Shown: positions 18,323 to 28,240 of the stretch, in pieces
How positions within the stretch are numbered: the stretch's first letter is position 1
Layout of the letters: every line of letters begins with the position of its first letter
Assembly: GCA_019058245.1 (NCBI GenBank)
Contig: JAHPZJ010000028.1
Span: 234,623-266,678, forward strand
Reading direction: 5' to 3'
Source: Promethearchaeota archaeon
GTDB lineage: Archaea; Asgardarchaeota; Lokiarchaeia; Sigyniarchaeales; SOKP01
Length of the DNA: 32,056 bases
Program-made: the position numbers and the translations under genes
Notes under the pieces: generated by a model
Databases searched by the model: none
What the model saw: the letters and a program-made list of their open reading frames with translations, nothing else
What the model was told of the DNA's origin: nothing

Positions 18323-18841
18323 TTAGAAGTTATCAAAAAATTCTCTATTTAGATAGTTCTTAATAGACGCCTCTAGTTTTTTCTTTACAGAATCCAGACT
18401 TTCAGGTAAAGGGCGAGTTTCTCCAATAATGTCTATAAATCCAAGTTCAGAGCCATATCGAGGTACTATATGAATATGTAAGTGTTCAATACTTCCCCCT
18501 GCATATTTTCCCTCGTTTAAGCCTATATTGTAGCCTTTTGGATTATATAAATCATTTAATAATAATTGGAGGCCTTGAATTATTCTTGAAATATGAATAA
18601 GTTCTTCTCTTGTAAGTTCAATAAATTTAGTTATATGTCTTTGTGTAACAATTAACAAATGAGCAGGATTAAAAGGATATAAATTTAAGACAATAAAACA
18701 TAAATTATCTTCGTAAATTTTTAGAGATTTAACCCTTTCGTCATTATCCCGTACAGAACAAAAAATACAATCTACATTAGGTTTTGCTTTTCCCTGAACG
18801 TATTCTAATTTTCCTAATGCCTGTAACCACTTTTTAAAAAT
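18323..18841 (-). CDS. HIT-family nucleotide hydrolase (extended 5' relative to the ORF track; probable ATT start)
   Basis: HLHIHIVPR histidine triad; the upstream in-frame region encodes CIFC and LNLYPFNPAHLLIV typical of HIT proteins; no ATG/GTG/TTG upstream of these motifs before the in-frame stop. Confidence 0.88.
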   Translation of the reverse strand: MFKKWLQALGKLEYVQGKAKPNVDCIFCSVRDNDERVKSLKIYEDNLCFIVLNLYPFNPAHLLIVTQRHITKFIELTREELIHISRIIQGLQLLLNDLYNPKGYNIGLNEGKYAGGSIEHLHIHIVPRYGSELGFIDIIGETRPLPESLDSVKKKLEASIKNYLNREFFDNF

Positions 18842-18871
18842 TAAAATTCGCCTCTTATCGTAAGTTCAGAA

Positions 18872-19420
18872 TTATGTGTAGAGAGAAAAATTGGAATCAT
18901 CAGAAAATTCTTTAGATTTCATAAAATCATCTGGATTTAACTTGCCTGCGCAATATTCTCCAAGGAGTATATTACTATATGCTCCACTATTAAATACCTT
19001 ACGAATTCTTTTATAAAACGAATTTTTAGATATATATCCGTCCTTATTTAGAAAAACATGATCTATTATTTCATATCTATGATTTTCCATATCAATTCGA
19101 TAAAAAACATCCTTTAAAAGAAAGAATTTTCTTAAATCCATGAAGAAATTCATTTTTTTAGGATTTTCTAAAGAATTTAAAGCTTTTATATGAGGTTCTG
19201 AAATTTGAACTCCTAAACTTACAACTATTAGACTCTTCTTCTTTGGTTGAAATACCACCATATTACGTCCAATTTGACGTCCTAAAGAATCTTTTCCAGG
19301 AGGAAATACAAATTGAAAACCAAATTCAACTTTAGGATCAGATATCTTTCCTCGTAATAAACCCTCATCTAATAAATAATCTTGAATAAGTTGTTGAATA
19401 TTATTTTTTTCACTCGACAT
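18872..19420 (-). CDS. Conserved archaeal hypothetical protein (DUF2299-like)
   Basis: IQDYLLDEG...EFGFQFVFPPG...VVFQPKKK...ISEPH..AL pattern, recalled from DUF2299 proteins. Confidence 0.6.
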   Translation of the reverse strand: MSSEKNNIQQLIQDYLLDEGLLRGKISDPKVEFGFQFVFPPGKDSLGRQIGRNMVVFQPKKKSLIVVSLGVQISEPHIKALNSLENPKKMNFFMDLRKFFLLKDVFYRIDMENHRYEIIDHVFLNKDGYISKNSFYKRIRKVFNSGAYSNILLGEYCAGKLNPDDFMKSKEFSDDSNFSLYT

Positions 19421-19520
19421 TATATTTCAGTATAGTTAAAAATGAACTGGATTTTAAATTTCTTTTCCAAGTTAAGATATATATTCCAGTTTTTTAATAA
19501 TTAAATGGATGAATTGAAGA

Positions 19521-19874
19521 TTAATATTTACCTTTCGGTCTGGGTTGAGGTTTAATTCCTGCTTCTTTTAATTTAATTATATTTTTTTCTAAGTCTTCTA
19601 TAGGTGTACAATATAAAACTTTTAAAGAATCAAGTTCGATATAGATATTCCCTACAATTCCTAATCCCATTAATTGATTATCTTTATCAATAAAGGTATG
19701 ATCTATATTCATTTTTATTGTTTTCTTGCCACCTTCTATTTCAACGAGTTGAGGTTGACAAGCAGTATATCCAGTGCCTCGATTTTTGAGTAAATAATTC
19801 ATTAAAGCATAATCTAACTCATCGTTTATTTCTCCTCGTTCTTCGAGGATCTTTACCACACTTGGATTCATCAT
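19521..19874 (-). CDS. Hypothetical protein
   Basis: 117-aa ORF co-oriented with its neighbours; no motif recognised. Confidence 0.7.
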   Translation of the reverse strand: MMNPSVVKILEERGEINDELDYALMNYLLKNRGTGYTACQPQLVEIEGGKKTIKMNIDHTFIDKDNQLMGLGIVGNIYIELDSLKVLYCTPIEDLEKNIIKLKEAGIKPQPRPKGKY

Positions 19875-19989
19875 TTTTATGAAAAATAAAATTTTCTTAT
19901 TATAATTAAAAACAGTAGATTTAATTTTTATTTTTTTTTGTTAGCTTAATATAAAAAAAATATAAAGTAAAGAATTAGTTATAATAAAA

Positions 19990-20244
19990 CTAATCTTTTT
20001 CTTCTAAAATAACCTCATCAACACTATGCAAAGCACAATTCATTGAATCCAAAGATTCTGTTATTTCATCAAGCGAAAGATTCGTACCTTCAATATTCAT
20101 ATGTAAAGATGCTGTTTTTTGATCTAATTCATCAACTTTAATTTGAACTTTTATAACTCCATTAATTTTCATTAAAGTGCGAGCAACTAAATCAACTCCT
20201 GGTCTATGAGGTTTTAAAATGTCAAGATAATACTCTACTTTCAT
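19990..20244 (-). CDS. DUF211-family protein
   Basis: LDILKPHRP...IEG..L....I...L....CALHSVDEV. Confidence 0.8.
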   Translation of the reverse strand: MKVEYYLDILKPHRPGVDLVARTLMKINGVIKVQIKVDELDQKTASLHMNIEGTNLSLDEITESLDSMNCALHSVDEVILEEKD

Positions 20245-20330
20245 TATTTTATATTAAACCCTTAAATGTAATTATTTAATAATAGTTATAACGTATATTT
20301 TGTAGATATTTTATTAATTTTTTTTTTAAT

Positions 20331-21020
20331 TTATAAAAGTTTCTTTATTTCATCTATAAATTTTTTCGGTATTTCGTTTTCTTTGATTATTTTATCTGCT
20401 CTTTGAAGATTTTCAACTTTTGCTAGTTTTGTTTGAATAGCTATTGAATATGCTCCTACATTGATAGCAGCTTCAATATCACGGATCGTATCTCCAATAA
20501 CTAATATCTCATCGGTTTTCACATCTATTAGTTTGCAAATATGAGTTAAATGATCTGGATGCGGTTTTAAATTGGAGATATTATCCCTTCCTACAATTAC
20601 ATTAAAATAATCTAATAAATTCACTCTTTTAAGTGATATTTCAGCATTTTTTCTTGTATTAAACGTAAATATTGCTTGTTTTAAATTATTCTTCTTTCCA
20701 AATTCTAGTACTTGATCAATTCCATTTATCATCACCGCATCTAAAGCAGCTTCATATTCAATATTAATGATCTCACTGTCCACTTCTTCAATAATTTTAT
20801 TAACTTTATTCCTATGAAACCCCTCTTTTTCAAAGAATTCTCTGGCATACTTTATATTTTCTAAAATAGAAAATTTAACTGTAAGGAGGCGTTTAGGAAC
20901 TCCATAATTTTTTAAGATTTCTATTGCTGTTTTTCGCGCTCTTAGATAATCAATTTTAAAATGAATTAATGTCCCATCTAAATCCCAAACAATAGCTTTA
21001 ATAGGTTTTTTCTTATACAT
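20331..21020 (-). CDS. HAD-family phosphatase (phosphoglycolate phosphatase-like)
   Basis: WDLDGTL, FTFN, KPHPD, IGDTIRDIEAA. Confidence 0.9.
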   Translation of the reverse strand: MYKKKPIKAIVWDLDGTLIHFKIDYLRARKTAIEILKNYGVPKRLLTVKFSILENIKYAREFFEKEGFHRNKVNKIIEEVDSEIINIEYEAALDAVMINGIDQVLEFGKKNNLKQAIFTFNTRKNAEISLKRVNLLDYFNVIVGRDNISNLKPHPDHLTHICKLIDVKTDEILVIGDTIRDIEAAINVGAYSIAIQTKLAKVENLQRADKIIKENEIPKKFIDEIKKLL

Positions 21021-21599
21021 TTAATATACCAAATCTGTATAGATGGGACCTTTTGGAGTTAGTTTTGATTCTTTTAATTTTACTTGATTAATATTAAAGA
21101 CTCCAAACTCCAAATCCCTGTTCTCATTAATTAAATTCTTAAGTGAATCAAAAGTTTTATAATTTATTTTATTTTTTTTTAATCTCCCAATTGTTAGATG
21201 TGGTTTGAATTTAGTTCTTTTATCACGTTCGATTTTTAATTCTCTAAAGAGGAAATCTTCGGTAGAATCCTTAATTTTTTGTAAAAACTGAATATTACCA
21301 TGAAGTTCTATCCAAATAACAGAAAATCTATTAAATTGTCCAACTCCATTTAATCTGTATTCAAAATTCTTTCTATGAAACAATTTATCATTAATTTCTT
21401 CTTGTATAATTGAATATATTTTAGGAGCTAGTGTTTCAGGGATATTTCCCAAAAATTTCATTGTCATATGGAGATTTACAGGTTCAACAAGTTTAATATT
21501 TGTTTGATTTTGTTTTAATCTTTGAGAGAAGGAGATAATCTTTTCTATTGTAGCTTTATCTTTTAATTCAATAGCTATAAATGATCTAATAGTTTTCAT
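21021..21599 (-). CDS. thpR: RNA 2',3'-cyclic phosphodiesterase (2H family)
   Basis: RSFIAI, NLHMTMKFLG, FKPHLTIGR, SKLTPKGPIY. Confidence 0.92.
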   Translation of the reverse strand: MKTIRSFIAIELKDKATIEKIISFSQRLKQNQTNIKLVEPVNLHMTMKFLGNIPETLAPKIYSIIQEEINDKLFHRKNFEYRLNGVGQFNRFSVIWIELHGNIQFLQKIKDSTEDFLFRELKIERDKRTKFKPHLTIGRLKKNKINYKTFDSLKNLINENRDLEFGVFNINQVKLKESKLTPKGPIYTDLVY

Positions 21600-22728
21600 T
21601 TTTTTCCCAATAACTGAAAATCCTCCATTTTATTTGATCCAATTGTTTTTTTTGTTCAGGAATAATGTGAATTTTTTTTAAATCTTCTAAAGAAGAAGAT
21701 CTTATAATCTTAATTATATCTTTTAAAAATAGAATAGTCATTTTAGCTCTTGTATTTGCATCAGCAGAGGCGTTATGAGGAAGTAGAATCATTCGAATAT
21801 CGGGTTGTCTTTTTTTAATATTTTTTAGCCTTTTAAGAGTATTAGAATCAATAGGTTCCATTGGAAATACATCAATAGCAATATGTATCCTTATTTCTTC
21901 ATTTTCTAGCATGTCTAATAAAGTTTCAAAATCCAAAACGCCTCCTCGAGCTGTATTTATCAACAATGCTCCTTTTTTCATTAAGCTTAATAGATTCCGA
22001 CTTACTAATTTTTCAGTATACTTATTTAAAGGAATATGTAAAGTGATTATATCTGACTCTTTAAATATTTCTCTAATATCTTCTTTAAATTCGACTAAAG
22101 GATAATTGTTCTCAAATGGTTTTTGTTGCTCAATATCATGGTATAGAATTTTAATATCCCAAGGATATAATCTTTTCACTAATTCCTTTCCAATTTCACC
22201 CAATCCAACAATACCGAGAGTTTTATCCGTAATAACTGAGGACAACGATTGATCTAAATCCCATTTATCATCAGAAGTCCATTCTTCATTCCAAACATAA
22301 AAATGTAGATCTATTAAATTCCTCAAAATGGCCATTATTACCGCTATCGTGTAATCTGCCACAGTTGATTGGAGAATTCCAGGAGTATGAGTAATTAAGA
22401 TATCATCTTCTTCAGTTCTTTTAATATGATTATATCCTGCGGTTGATGTAGAAATAGCTAAAATATTTGAATTTTTTAATATTTTTGATGATATTTGATG
22501 ACTTAAGTGACATCCAAGAAAATCAGGATTGAAATTTTTAATTTCTCTTTTAAGTACTTCTTCTGATGGAAATCTTCCATCGAAAATTTTAATTTCTGAG
22601 AGCCTATTTAAATCTTTCCATAATTCTTTGATCTCATTACGATATGGTTCAGAAATCCTCTCATTAGAACCAATCTCCTTAACTGAGAATACATTCGATG
22701 TAAAAAATACTTTAGGTTTAGAGGCCAT
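21586..22728 (-). CDS. D-isomer-specific 2-hydroxyacid dehydrogenase (glyoxylate reductase-like)
   Basis: GIVGLGEIG, LINTARG, DVFPMEP, LLPHNASA. Confidence 0.9.
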   Translation of the reverse strand: MASKPKVFFTSNVFSVKEIGSNERISEPYRNEIKELWKDLNRLSEIKIFDGRFPSEEVLKREIKNFNPDFLGCHLSHQISSKILKNSNILAISTSTAGYNHIKRTEEDDILITHTPGILQSTVADYTIAVIMAILRNLIDLHFYVWNEEWTSDDKWDLDQSLSSVITDKTLGIVGLGEIGKELVKRLYPWDIKILYHDIEQQKPFENNYPLVEFKEDIREIFKESDIITLHIPLNKYTEKLVSRNLLSLMKKGALLINTARGGVLDFETLLDMLENEEIRIHIAIDVFPMEPIDSNTLKRLKNIKKRQPDIRMILLPHNASADANTRAKMTILFLKDIIKIIRSSSLEDLKKIHIIPEQKKQLDQIKWRIFSYWEKNENY

Positions 22729-22856
22729 ATATCTAAATAGATCTTTTAAACATTTGATTTTTACAATGTATTGAATATATTTGTATCTTTATTATAATCA
22801 AGATTTAAAAAAATTAAATCTATTTTAAAATTTAAAAATCTTGATGATGATAAAAA

Positions 22857-23021
22857 ATGGTGAAAATTAAATGTCATTTATGTAAAAAAGAAATTGTTGG
22901 AGGAGCTAGTATAGAAGAGTTCGATCCCATTGAGCCAACAACAATATATGTTTTCTGTTCTGAATCTTGCAGAGATAAATGGATTTCTAAACAGAACAAA
23001 GATGATCTTAGAACAAAATAG
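22857..23021 (+). CDS. Small TRASH/YHS-like metal-binding protein (54 aa); absent from the ORF track
   Basis: Hand translation MVKIKCHLCKKEIVGGASIEEFDPIEPTTIYVFCSESCRDKWISKQNKDDLRTK* contains CxxC...Y-x-FCSxxC. Confidence 0.75.
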   Translation: MVKIKCHLCKKEIVGGASIEEFDPIEPTTIYVFCSESCRDKWISKQNKDDLRTK

Positions 23022-23050
23022 AATGAAGTATTTTAAAAAATAGTGATTCG

Positions 23051-23866
23051 ATAGCTCGTCCATTATGGTTTGTAAAATTGCTTAAAAAGATATTTCCAAA
23101 TATTAGACTCATTGCTAAATTAACAAATATACCTCTTTTGGGTACTATATTCGATCAGCTCCTTTTTAAAGGAGATGATATTATTTATCTTCCCATGGAT
23201 AAAATTATTGAGATAAACAAACCCATAGGAGAATATAATGAATACGTATTACCTTCTCAAGTGCTAGAATATTTCATAAATAAAGCAAAATATCATTGGA
23301 TTATGAATTTCTGTATTTGCAGATCAAGTATGGGATGTAAGAACTATCCAATTAATTTGGGTTGTCTGTTTTTGGGAGATCCTGTATTGGATATCAACCC
23401 TCAATTAGGCAAATTAGTATCTAAAGAAGAAGCTTTAGAGCATCTAAGAAAATGTAGAGAAGCAGGATTAGTTCACATGATTGGTAGAAATAGATTAGAT
23501 TCACAATGGCTAGGCGTTAAACCAGGAGAGAAGTTATTGAGCATATGCAATTGTGATCCATGCTGTTGTTTATGGCGAGTTTCTTCAATATTAAATTCTA
23601 AAATCGGCTCTAAAATTAAAAAAATGCCAGGAATAGAGGTTAGGGTTAATGACAATTGTATTGGATGTGGAACATGTATTAAAGGAGTGTATTTTGTCGA
23701 CGCAATAAAGATTGTAGACAACCACGCTGTTATAAGTAATCAATGTAGAGGATGTGGTCGGTGTGTAGAAATATGTCCTCAAAAGGCAATAGATCTCATA
23801 ATTGAAGATATCCTATACACTAAAAAGTCAATTGAAATAATAAATAAGGCAATAGATTTAGATTAA
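23051..23866 (+). CDS. 4Fe-4S dicluster-domain protein with a Cys-rich N-terminal domain
   Basis: CICR...C....GCL, ICNCDPCCC, CIGCGTC, CRGCGRCVEICP; the start is either ATA 23051 (ARPLWFVKLL...) or TTG 23078. Confidence 0.85.
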   Translation: MARPLWFVKLLKKIFPNIRLIAKLTNIPLLGTIFDQLLFKGDDIIYLPMDKIIEINKPIGEYNEYVLPSQVLEYFINKAKYHWIMNFCICRSSMGCKNYPINLGCLFLGDPVLDINPQLGKLVSKEEALEHLRKCREAGLVHMIGRNRLDSQWLGVKPGEKLLSICNCDPCCCLWRVSSILNSKIGSKIKKMPGIEVRVNDNCIGCGTCIKGVYFVDAIKIVDNHAVISNQCRGCGRCVEICPQKAIDLIIEDILYTKKSIEIINKAIDLD

Positions 23867-23876
23867 TTTCAAAAAA

Positions 23877-25325
23877 TTAAGATTTTTCTTTCCAGAAATA
23901 ATTCCCTATTTTCAAATTGTCCATTTTAGTTCTTATTTTTAATGCGGATACTGCTTGAACAGTTTCTTTAATTGAATGGAAAACAGGTATGTTAGCGAGT
24001 TCTAATGATTCAATTATTAAAGAATACTTCTGTACATACGGAACAAAACATACTACAGGTTTGTTTTTATATGCTATAATATTGGCAATTCTTCGTCCAA
24101 TCTGAAAGGAAATGTTAGGTGGGTAAGGTAATAGCAGTAATATAATACATTCTATCTTTTCTAAATCTGATAAGTAGCGAATCACATTTTCAATGTCCGT
24201 ATCTAATACAGAACCTGTTAAATCAATAGGATTGTTAAATGATGCAATTTCTTTTGCAACAGGATTCATAAGCTCCTTTAAGTCCCTTTTTTCTTGTGGT
24301 AAAAAACGAACAGGATTCAACCCATACATCTTTAACATGTCCGAGGCAAGTACAGCATGTCCTCCAGAAACGGACACAATTGCTATATCTCCATTAGTTA
24401 TTATATTTTCTCCAAAAGGGTTTCTACGTTTTGATAGTACATCATATACCTTCAAACATGTCAGTAACTCTCTTTCAGAATGAGGTTGAATAATGAAGTG
24501 TTGTCTTAATGCATTATAAATTATTTTAAAATCCCCTGCTAAACTTGCTGTATGTGATTGAGTTGCAACTTTTCCTTCTCTAGTTTTGCCTCCAAAGTAC
24601 ACTACTACTGTATCCTTTGTTTTTTTTGCTAATTGTAAAAATTCCCTTGCTCTCCCTTCTTTAAAACCTTCTAAATAAAAAGCGATATTTGATGTTTCAG
24701 GATCTATTTGACTAAAATATTCTAATAGCATAACTTCATCTACAACTGCACGATTTCCTATAGATACTGCGGTTGAAACTCCAATATTTCTCTCGAAGAA
24801 TTTATTAAAGAATTGATCAACAAGCACTCCACCTGATTGACTAATTAGTGCTACAGACCCTTTTGGGGGTTTTGTGATACGTTCTGTAGGCAGAAAAATT
24901 GTATCTACAAGTGGTGGAGCATAAACTCCAAGACAATTAGGACCTAATACAGCAATATCGTTGTCAAATGCAATTTTTATTAATTCATCTTGCCTTTTTT
25001 TACCCTTTCCACCAATTTCAGCAAAACCACTACCAATTATCACGGCTGCGGGAATTTTTAAATCTGCACAATCTTGAATATATCCTAACGTGTCATCAGG
25101 ACCGACTGCAATCACAAGAAGATCAGGTATCTCTGGTAATTTATCTAAACGTTCATATAATTGGATACCCTCAATTTCACCAGCATTAGGATATATTCCA
25201 TAAACTTTTACTTGCATTTCAAATTCATTCTTTAACAGGATTATTCTCCCTGGACTTAAAGGATTTTTCTTTGAAATTCCTACAACTGCCATTGAATTTG
25301 GTTTGAAAAGTTTTTCTAAATCCAT
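23877..25325 (-). CDS. ADP-forming acyl-CoA synthetase alpha subunit (CoA-binding, ACD family)
   Basis: LFKPNSMAVVGIS, GFAEIG, LGPNCLG, ISQSGG, SIGN, SHTASLAG (phospho-His), NNPIDLTG. Confidence 0.88.
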   Translation of the reverse strand: MDLEKLFKPNSMAVVGISKKNPLSPGRIILLKNEFEMQVKVYGIYPNAGEIEGIQLYERLDKLPEIPDLLVIAVGPDDTLGYIQDCADLKIPAAVIIGSGFAEIGGKGKKRQDELIKIAFDNDIAVLGPNCLGVYAPPLVDTIFLPTERITKPPKGSVALISQSGGVLVDQFFNKFFERNIGVSTAVSIGNRAVVDEVMLLEYFSQIDPETSNIAFYLEGFKEGRAREFLQLAKKTKDTVVVYFGGKTREGKVATQSHTASLAGDFKIIYNALRQHFIIQPHSERELLTCLKVYDVLSKRRNPFGENIITNGDIAIVSVSGGHAVLASDMLKMYGLNPVRFLPQEKRDLKELMNPVAKEIASFNNPIDLTGSVLDTDIENVIRYLSDLEKIECIILLLLPYPPNISFQIGRRIANIIAYKNKPVVCFVPYVQKYSLIIESLELANIPVFHSIKETVQAVSALKIRTKMDNLKIGNYFWKEKS

Positions 25326-25533
25326 GTTACATAGATTTTATCATTAGTTAGTATTAATATATACTTTTCGAAGATTTAAATTATTTAATTTTTCCTTTTT
25401 TTCAAAAAGGATTATAGATGTTATTTTATAATTTAAAAAATTAATCAAAATTATTTAATTTAATAGTAGAAAAGAGTAAAGAAAAAAGAAAAATTAAAAA
25501 AATCAATAAATACTCTAATAAATTAACTAGATC

Positions 25534-26424
25534 TTAAAATTCATATCCACATTTTTTACAAACATGTTTTTTAGCATACATAGGGATATGTCCTACATAT
25601 GAGAGAACTTTACCTTTATCTTCGACAGTTTTTATATCGTTCCCTACGGCCCCACACATTGGACATGTAATTCTCTCGTCACTAGCGAATCCTCCTGCTC
25701 CAATGTCGGGCGGTTTCAATTCTTCTAGTTCCGATTCAACTTCATGGAGATGCTCTGATGTTGACTCTAAGACTTGTTCTTTTTGATTAACTTGATCTGT
25801 TAATTCTTGGATTTGAGTATCTCTTTGTAAAAGGGTGTTATTTAACTCACTTAATTGTGAATTTAATTGATTAATTTCACTTTGAGCTTTAGTAAGTTCA
25901 TTTTCAGTATTATTTAATTCTTCAACTTGAGAAGTAAGTTTATTTATTTCTTCTTCATTTGTTGATAATTGAGATTCTAAGGTTGAAGCTTTCTCTTGAG
26001 CAGTATTTAATTCAGATGTTAAGCTGGTTATTTTATCGTCGGATTCAGAAGCTCTACTTTCGCTTAGAGACAAATTATTTTCAAGATCTTCAGATTTACT
26101 TTTAAATTCAGCTAATTCTTGCTTGAGTTCATTATTCTCAGTATTCAAATTTTTTATTACATCTTGATCTTCTGATTTAAGCTTTGCAAGTTCATTTCGA
26201 GTTTCGGTTGATTTTTTTTCAGTATATTCAAGTTTGGATTGAGTTTCATCAAGATTATTCATTGTATCGGCAAGCTTATCCTTTGTTTGAGTTAATTCAT
26301 TCTTAGTTTCACTTAACTGCTTTTCTAAATCATTAACTTTAGCTCTGAGGTCCAGTAAGAGTCTGCCTTCAACTGCTATTTTCTTTTCTGGCTTTTGTTC
26401 TGCTTTTGCCCAGTCAATACTAAT
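25534..26424 (-). CDS. Long coiled-coil protein with a C-terminal zinc ribbon (extended 5'; probable ATT start)
   Basis: Heptad-rich body, CPMCG...CKKCGYEF; the frame is open 54 codons upstream of ATG 26262 (SIDWAKAEQKPEKKIAVEGRLLLDLR...) back to AGGTGA at 26431-26436. Confidence 0.8.
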   Translation of the reverse strand: MSIDWAKAEQKPEKKIAVEGRLLLDLRAKVNDLEKQLSETKNELTQTKDKLADTMNNLDETQSKLEYTEKKSTETRNELAKLKSEDQDVIKNLNTENNELKQELAEFKSKSEDLENNLSLSESRASESDDKITSLTSELNTAQEKASTLESQLSTNEEEINKLTSQVEELNNTENELTKAQSEINQLNSQLSELNNTLLQRDTQIQELTDQVNQKEQVLESTSEHLHEVESELEELKPPDIGAGGFASDERITCPMCGAVGNDIKTVEDKGKVLSYVGHIPMYAKKHVCKKCGYEF

Positions 26425-26627
26425 TATAATTCACCTTGTTCAATTTTTTTGTTTAATGAATTGATTTTATGAAATAAATATGTTAATAATATATAAATTA
26501 TAGTGTATTAAGTTTTTGGATATTTTAAATTTTGAAATTCAATTGCTAGAATTAAATATGATGATTTAATTATTTTTAAAATGATAATATATTATGAAGA
26601 AATCATTATTGAACTATAATTAATACG

Positions 26628-27494
26628 ATGCAAAATAGCGAGAATTCACAATTCAAAATCGAATATATTTCGACTTCTGGGGTGTATAAAACACCATTTA
26701 CTCTAATTATCCTACTACAATTTTTTATAGGATGCTTGGTGGTTATTTCAATTAATTTATGGTTTTACAATGATCTATTTTTCCTTCTCACAGGAAAGAG
26801 ATTTCTATCATTTCTATTAATTGGTCAATGGTGGGAATGGTTACTGCTTCCATTGAATATTTATGGGAATCTTTTATTATTTGCGTTTTCGGTTATTTTA
26901 TTTTCAGCATTTCTTTTTAAAGTTCTAAATAAAATATATCCTCCAAGGGAAGGCGTATTTGAAAAGGGTAGTAAAGAATGGAAATACACTCATCGAAGAT
27001 TTTGGATGGCATATTTTCCAATTTGGTTAGCAAGATCATTACCACTCCCCTGGTCCGATATTTTCGTTTATCGTTTTTTAGGAGTACATATAGGTAAAAA
27101 TGTTGTTGCTTATGAAGGATATATTGATCCTGAATTTGTAGAGATTGAGGATTACACGATGACTTCACTTAATATTTGCATTTTTTCTCATCTAATCTAT
27201 CATGACAAAATTTTAATTAAAAGGGTAAAAATAGGGAAGACTTGTATTGTTGGACCTCAAACTATTATTAGTCCTGGGACTATACTCCAAGATGGAGCTA
27301 TTTTAGGAGTTAATAGTTATACATGGGTAAATCAAATACTCGATGGAGATTTTATCCATGTTGGAACCCCAGTGAATAAAAAACTTCAAATTCAATCAGT
27401 AGAAGAATCCATAAAAAAAGCAGAGAGAATTAAGGAAGAATCTCAAAAAAAAATAAATAATACAGATAAAAAAATTATTGGAGCTAATAGATAA
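26628..27494 (+). CDS. Membrane protein with a hexapeptide-repeat (left-handed beta-helix) acyltransferase-like domain
   Basis: Two hydrophobic segments, YPPREGVF, GVHIGKNV, VKIGKTCIVGPQTIISPGTILQDGAILG. Confidence 0.8.
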   Translation: MQNSENSQFKIEYISTSGVYKTPFTLIILLQFFIGCLVVISINLWFYNDLFFLLTGKRFLSFLLIGQWWEWLLLPLNIYGNLLLFAFSVILFSAFLFKVLNKIYPPREGVFEKGSKEWKYTHRRFWMAYFPIWLARSLPLPWSDIFVYRFLGVHIGKNVVAYEGYIDPEFVEIEDYTMTSLNICIFSHLIYHDKILIKRVKIGKTCIVGPQTIISPGTILQDGAILGVNSYTWVNQILDGDFIHVGTPVNKKLQIQSVEESIKKAERIKEESQKKINNTDKKIIGANR

Positions 27495-27496
27495 AA

Positions 27497-28234
27497 ATGT
27501 TTCAACCAGCAAGTTTAAAAGGAGATTCTCCAACTCCCATAGATGAGGAATTCAGGAATAAATATCTAATCTTATATTTCATCAATATCATTTTAAGTAT
27601 TATTCCATGTGTTTTGTTTGAACTTGGGTATTTAGGTATATTCTGGAAAAAAGGAATTTACCTATTATATTTCTTTCTATTACCTCTAAACATCATACTA
27701 TTAATCTATTTACTACAGTTTAGTGCAATAATAATTTCCATTTTATTTTTAACTGTTCTAAAGTTAATTTATCCTCCAAAAGAGGGTACTTTTAAGAGAA
27801 ATTCGAAAGATAAGGATTATATTTATTGGAATATAAGAAATATTATTAAAAAATGGCCACTTTTTATTACTGCATCAAATCCTTTCCCTTGGTTCAAAAA
27901 CCGTTTTACACTCCGGTTTTTTGGAGTGAAAATTGGAAAAAATGGAATGCATGATAATAGCTGGATCTCTTCTGAATTTGTATCTATTGGTAAAAATGTA
28001 ATTATTGGAATGAATAGTACTTTATTGAGTTTTGGAATTGAACAAGATACGTTTATTTTAAGAAAAATTATTGTAGAGGATAATGTAATCATAGGAGCAA
28101 AATGTGTATTGTTACCAGGAACCCATATTAAATACAACACAAAACTATCTGCTCATTCATATACTAATTTTAATGCAATTTTACATGAGAATTCAATATA
28201 TATGGGTCATCCCGCAAAATTAAAAGAAAAATGA
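27497..28234 (+). CDS. Paralogous membrane hexapeptide-repeat acyltransferase-like protein
   Basis: Two hydrophobic segments, YPPKEGTF, GVKIGKN, IIVEDNVIIGAKCVLLPGT, GHPAK. Confidence 0.8.
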   Translation: MFQPASLKGDSPTPIDEEFRNKYLILYFINIILSIIPCVLFELGYLGIFWKKGIYLLYFFLLPLNIILLIYLLQFSAIIISILFLTVLKLIYPPKEGTFKRNSKDKDYIYWNIRNIIKKWPLFITASNPFPWFKNRFTLRFFGVKIGKNGMHDNSWISSEFVSIGKNVIIGMNSTLLSFGIEQDTFILRKIIVEDNVIIGAKCVLLPGTHIKYNTKLSAHSYTNFNAILHENSIYMGHPAKLKEK

Positions 28235-28240
28235 AAGATA

